A DNA stretch of 64,000 nt from Aureliella sp. (GTDB lineage: Bacteria; Planctomycetota; Planctomycetia; Pirellulales; Pirellulaceae), in contig OY829846.1 in the NCBI GenBank assembly GCA_963691875.1, forward strand, positions 1,088,001 through 1,152,000. The letters run 5' to 3'. The notes below the pieces were generated by a model, which was not told the DNA's origin, searched no databases, and saw only the letters and a program-made list of their open reading frames with translations. Below are positions 62,429-64,000 of the stretch, piece after piece (positions within the stretch are counted from its first letter, which is position 1; each line of letters starts with the position of its first letter). The position numbers were made by a program, and so were the translations under genes.

Positions 62429-62581
62429 TTGACTTCCGTATTCAGACTCGACTTTGCTTGCTTAGTATACGTAGCCCAATCTGCCGCTGCATTGCGAGCT
62501 GCAGAGCGCTGGGCTTTCCTGGCAAATACAACGATCTCGAGTATCGTAAATTGAGAGTTCCAGACATGATCATAATGCCTC

Positions 62582-63285
62582 ATGCCTAGTACTGCCTTTG
62601 TTCGCGCAGAAGAGATCGTGAAAAGTATTCGCGTACTCGTGATGCAGAGATAGACGCAGTCGCATTGTCGGGAGCTAGTTTTGAAATCGCGGAGAACGAA
62701 TCGATCTCGATACTCGGTCGCTCCGGTTCCGGCAAATCGACCTTGCTCAATCTCTTGGCTGGATTGGATCGGCCAACTTAGGGCCGGCTTGAAGTTGGGG
62801 ACTACGAATTGAGAGCCTGCAGAAAGACACAATTGGACCAATATCGGCGGCAAACGGTCGGAGTCGTGTTCCAGCAGTTTCGGCTCGTTGCGCACAAGTC
62901 AGCTGGGCAAAACGTTGCCTTGCCACTGATGTTTGCGGGCGTCGGATCGCAGGAACGCAAGCGCCGGGTGGCCGAGTGCTGAGAGTTGCTCGGTCTATCG
63001 GATCGAGCGAAGCATCGCCCAGCGGAGCTCTCCGGTGGTGAGCAGCAAAGAGTCGCCGTTGCGCGAGCTATCGCAAACACGCCCAAACTACTTTTTGCAG
63101 ACGAGCCAACCGGCAATCTGGATTCGCAAAACGCCAAACAAGTCATGGATTTGCTGCAGCAAGCCAGAGCTGCCTCGAACGCGACACTTGTGTTGGTAAC
63201 TCACGACGCGGAGCTCGCCGAACGATATACCGACCAAATTCTGATGATGGATGACGGGCGTGTTGAAGACCAGGTCCATGCATGA
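62582..63285 (+). pseudogene. LolD/MacB-type ABC ATP-binding gene with three lesions
   Basis: ATG 62582; 1-base loss in the A-run at ~62621-62624; Walker A GRSGSGKST; in-frame TAG 62779-62781 and TGA 62980-62982; LSGGEQQR, ADEPTGNLD, VTHD. Confidence 0.9.
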
Positions 63286-64000
63286 CTTCCTCAGACCTTG
63301 TCTTAAACGCCTTTGAAAATTTGTATCGTCGCAAGTCGAGTACTCTTCTCAATTTGCTTGGCGTGGTGGTTAGTTGTGTGCTGCTGTTGTTGACGCTTGC
63401 TTCAGCAAGTGGCGTGAGGGCGGCGATAGCGAGGTTTGTCGAACAGTCCGACTCGGCGAAAAGGTTTCAGGTAGCGACCGGCTACGATAGCAAGACTGTG
63501 CCGCCCCAAGGCAGCGTCGACTTGGATTTTGTGACAACGGGCGAGCGCGTGGAGCGGATGCGAAACACGCTCCATGAGCAATGGAGAAAGAGAAATTTGC
63601 CGGCTCCGAAATCACTTTCCTCTTCGCAAATTGCATACATTGAAAGCGACGAGCGCACCATAGACCACATTCTCAACTTCGAGGGTGCCGTTCAAATGCG
63701 ACTGATCGCGGAAGACGATACTTCAATTGCTCAGCTAGGGCAGCTCGTCCCCTTTCGTGACTCTCGCGTTTCAGGTGCATCGCGTCACGAAAAAATGTTG
63801 AAGGATCGACTCATTGCAGGCGAGTTCTTTGCAGAAAGTAGCTTGGATGGTGTCTTAATTCACGAGATGCTGGCGCATGATTTGGCCGTGCGATCTGACG
63901 AACAGTTGCAGGAATTGATCGGCAAACGCGTGCAAGTTCGTTGGGGGAGCAATCCTGTGAATTTCACTCAGGTAAAGGCTCTCATGTAACAGCTTTCAGC
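63282..64000 (+). pseudogene. MacB/FtsX-type ABC permease, N-terminal part, apparently truncated
   Basis: Overlaps the ATPase stop (ATGA); TM1 then a periplasmic domain (LIAGEFF...VLI...LA); TAA at 63987-63989 before any C-terminal TM helices. The window ends here. Confidence 0.65.

Noticed and set aside
62977..62982. TGC-TGA (Cys-Sec-like) in the ABC ATPase
   Set aside because: The same gene has a frameshift and an in-frame TAG, and the position is normally hydrophobic in ABC ATPases; it is a pseudogene lesion.
1..64000. Alternative genetic code (UGA = Trp/Gly)
   Set aside because: Trp is encoded by TGG in conserved genes, several intact genes end in TGA, and long housekeeping ORFs contain no internal TGA.

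Overview
Chromosomal window (~52-54% GC by eye) from a Planctomycetota bacterium, most likely Pirellulales. The assignment rests on DUF1501, DUF1080, a PVC-type heme-binding HEAT/CxxCH protein, a TPR/alphaCTD protein, a sulfatase and Ser/Thr kinases. Housekeeping genes: tyrS (partial, missed by the ORF track), ispD, gdhA, rpsT, cobA-hemD, tgt, tRNA-Thr(CGU), tag, gltA, tsf, rpsB. No integrase, transposase, prophage, rRNA or CRISPR array was seen. Two signals lie outside the ORF track. (1) Two genes appear to be read through an in-frame UGA followed by a bacterial SECIS-like hairpin with a GUU-containing apical loop. One is a peroxiredoxin-like protein with a U-x-x-C motif (10588->10067, strong case). 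The other is an exported protein of no family I recognise (20011->20943), directly upstream of a 1004-aa DUF2330/HEAT-like membrane protein; it is a candidate new selenoprotein system. (2) Many intergenic gaps are recognisable decayed genes with several stops or frameshifts, indicating ongoing pseudogenisation. That decay is also the main caveat for the second selenoprotein call.
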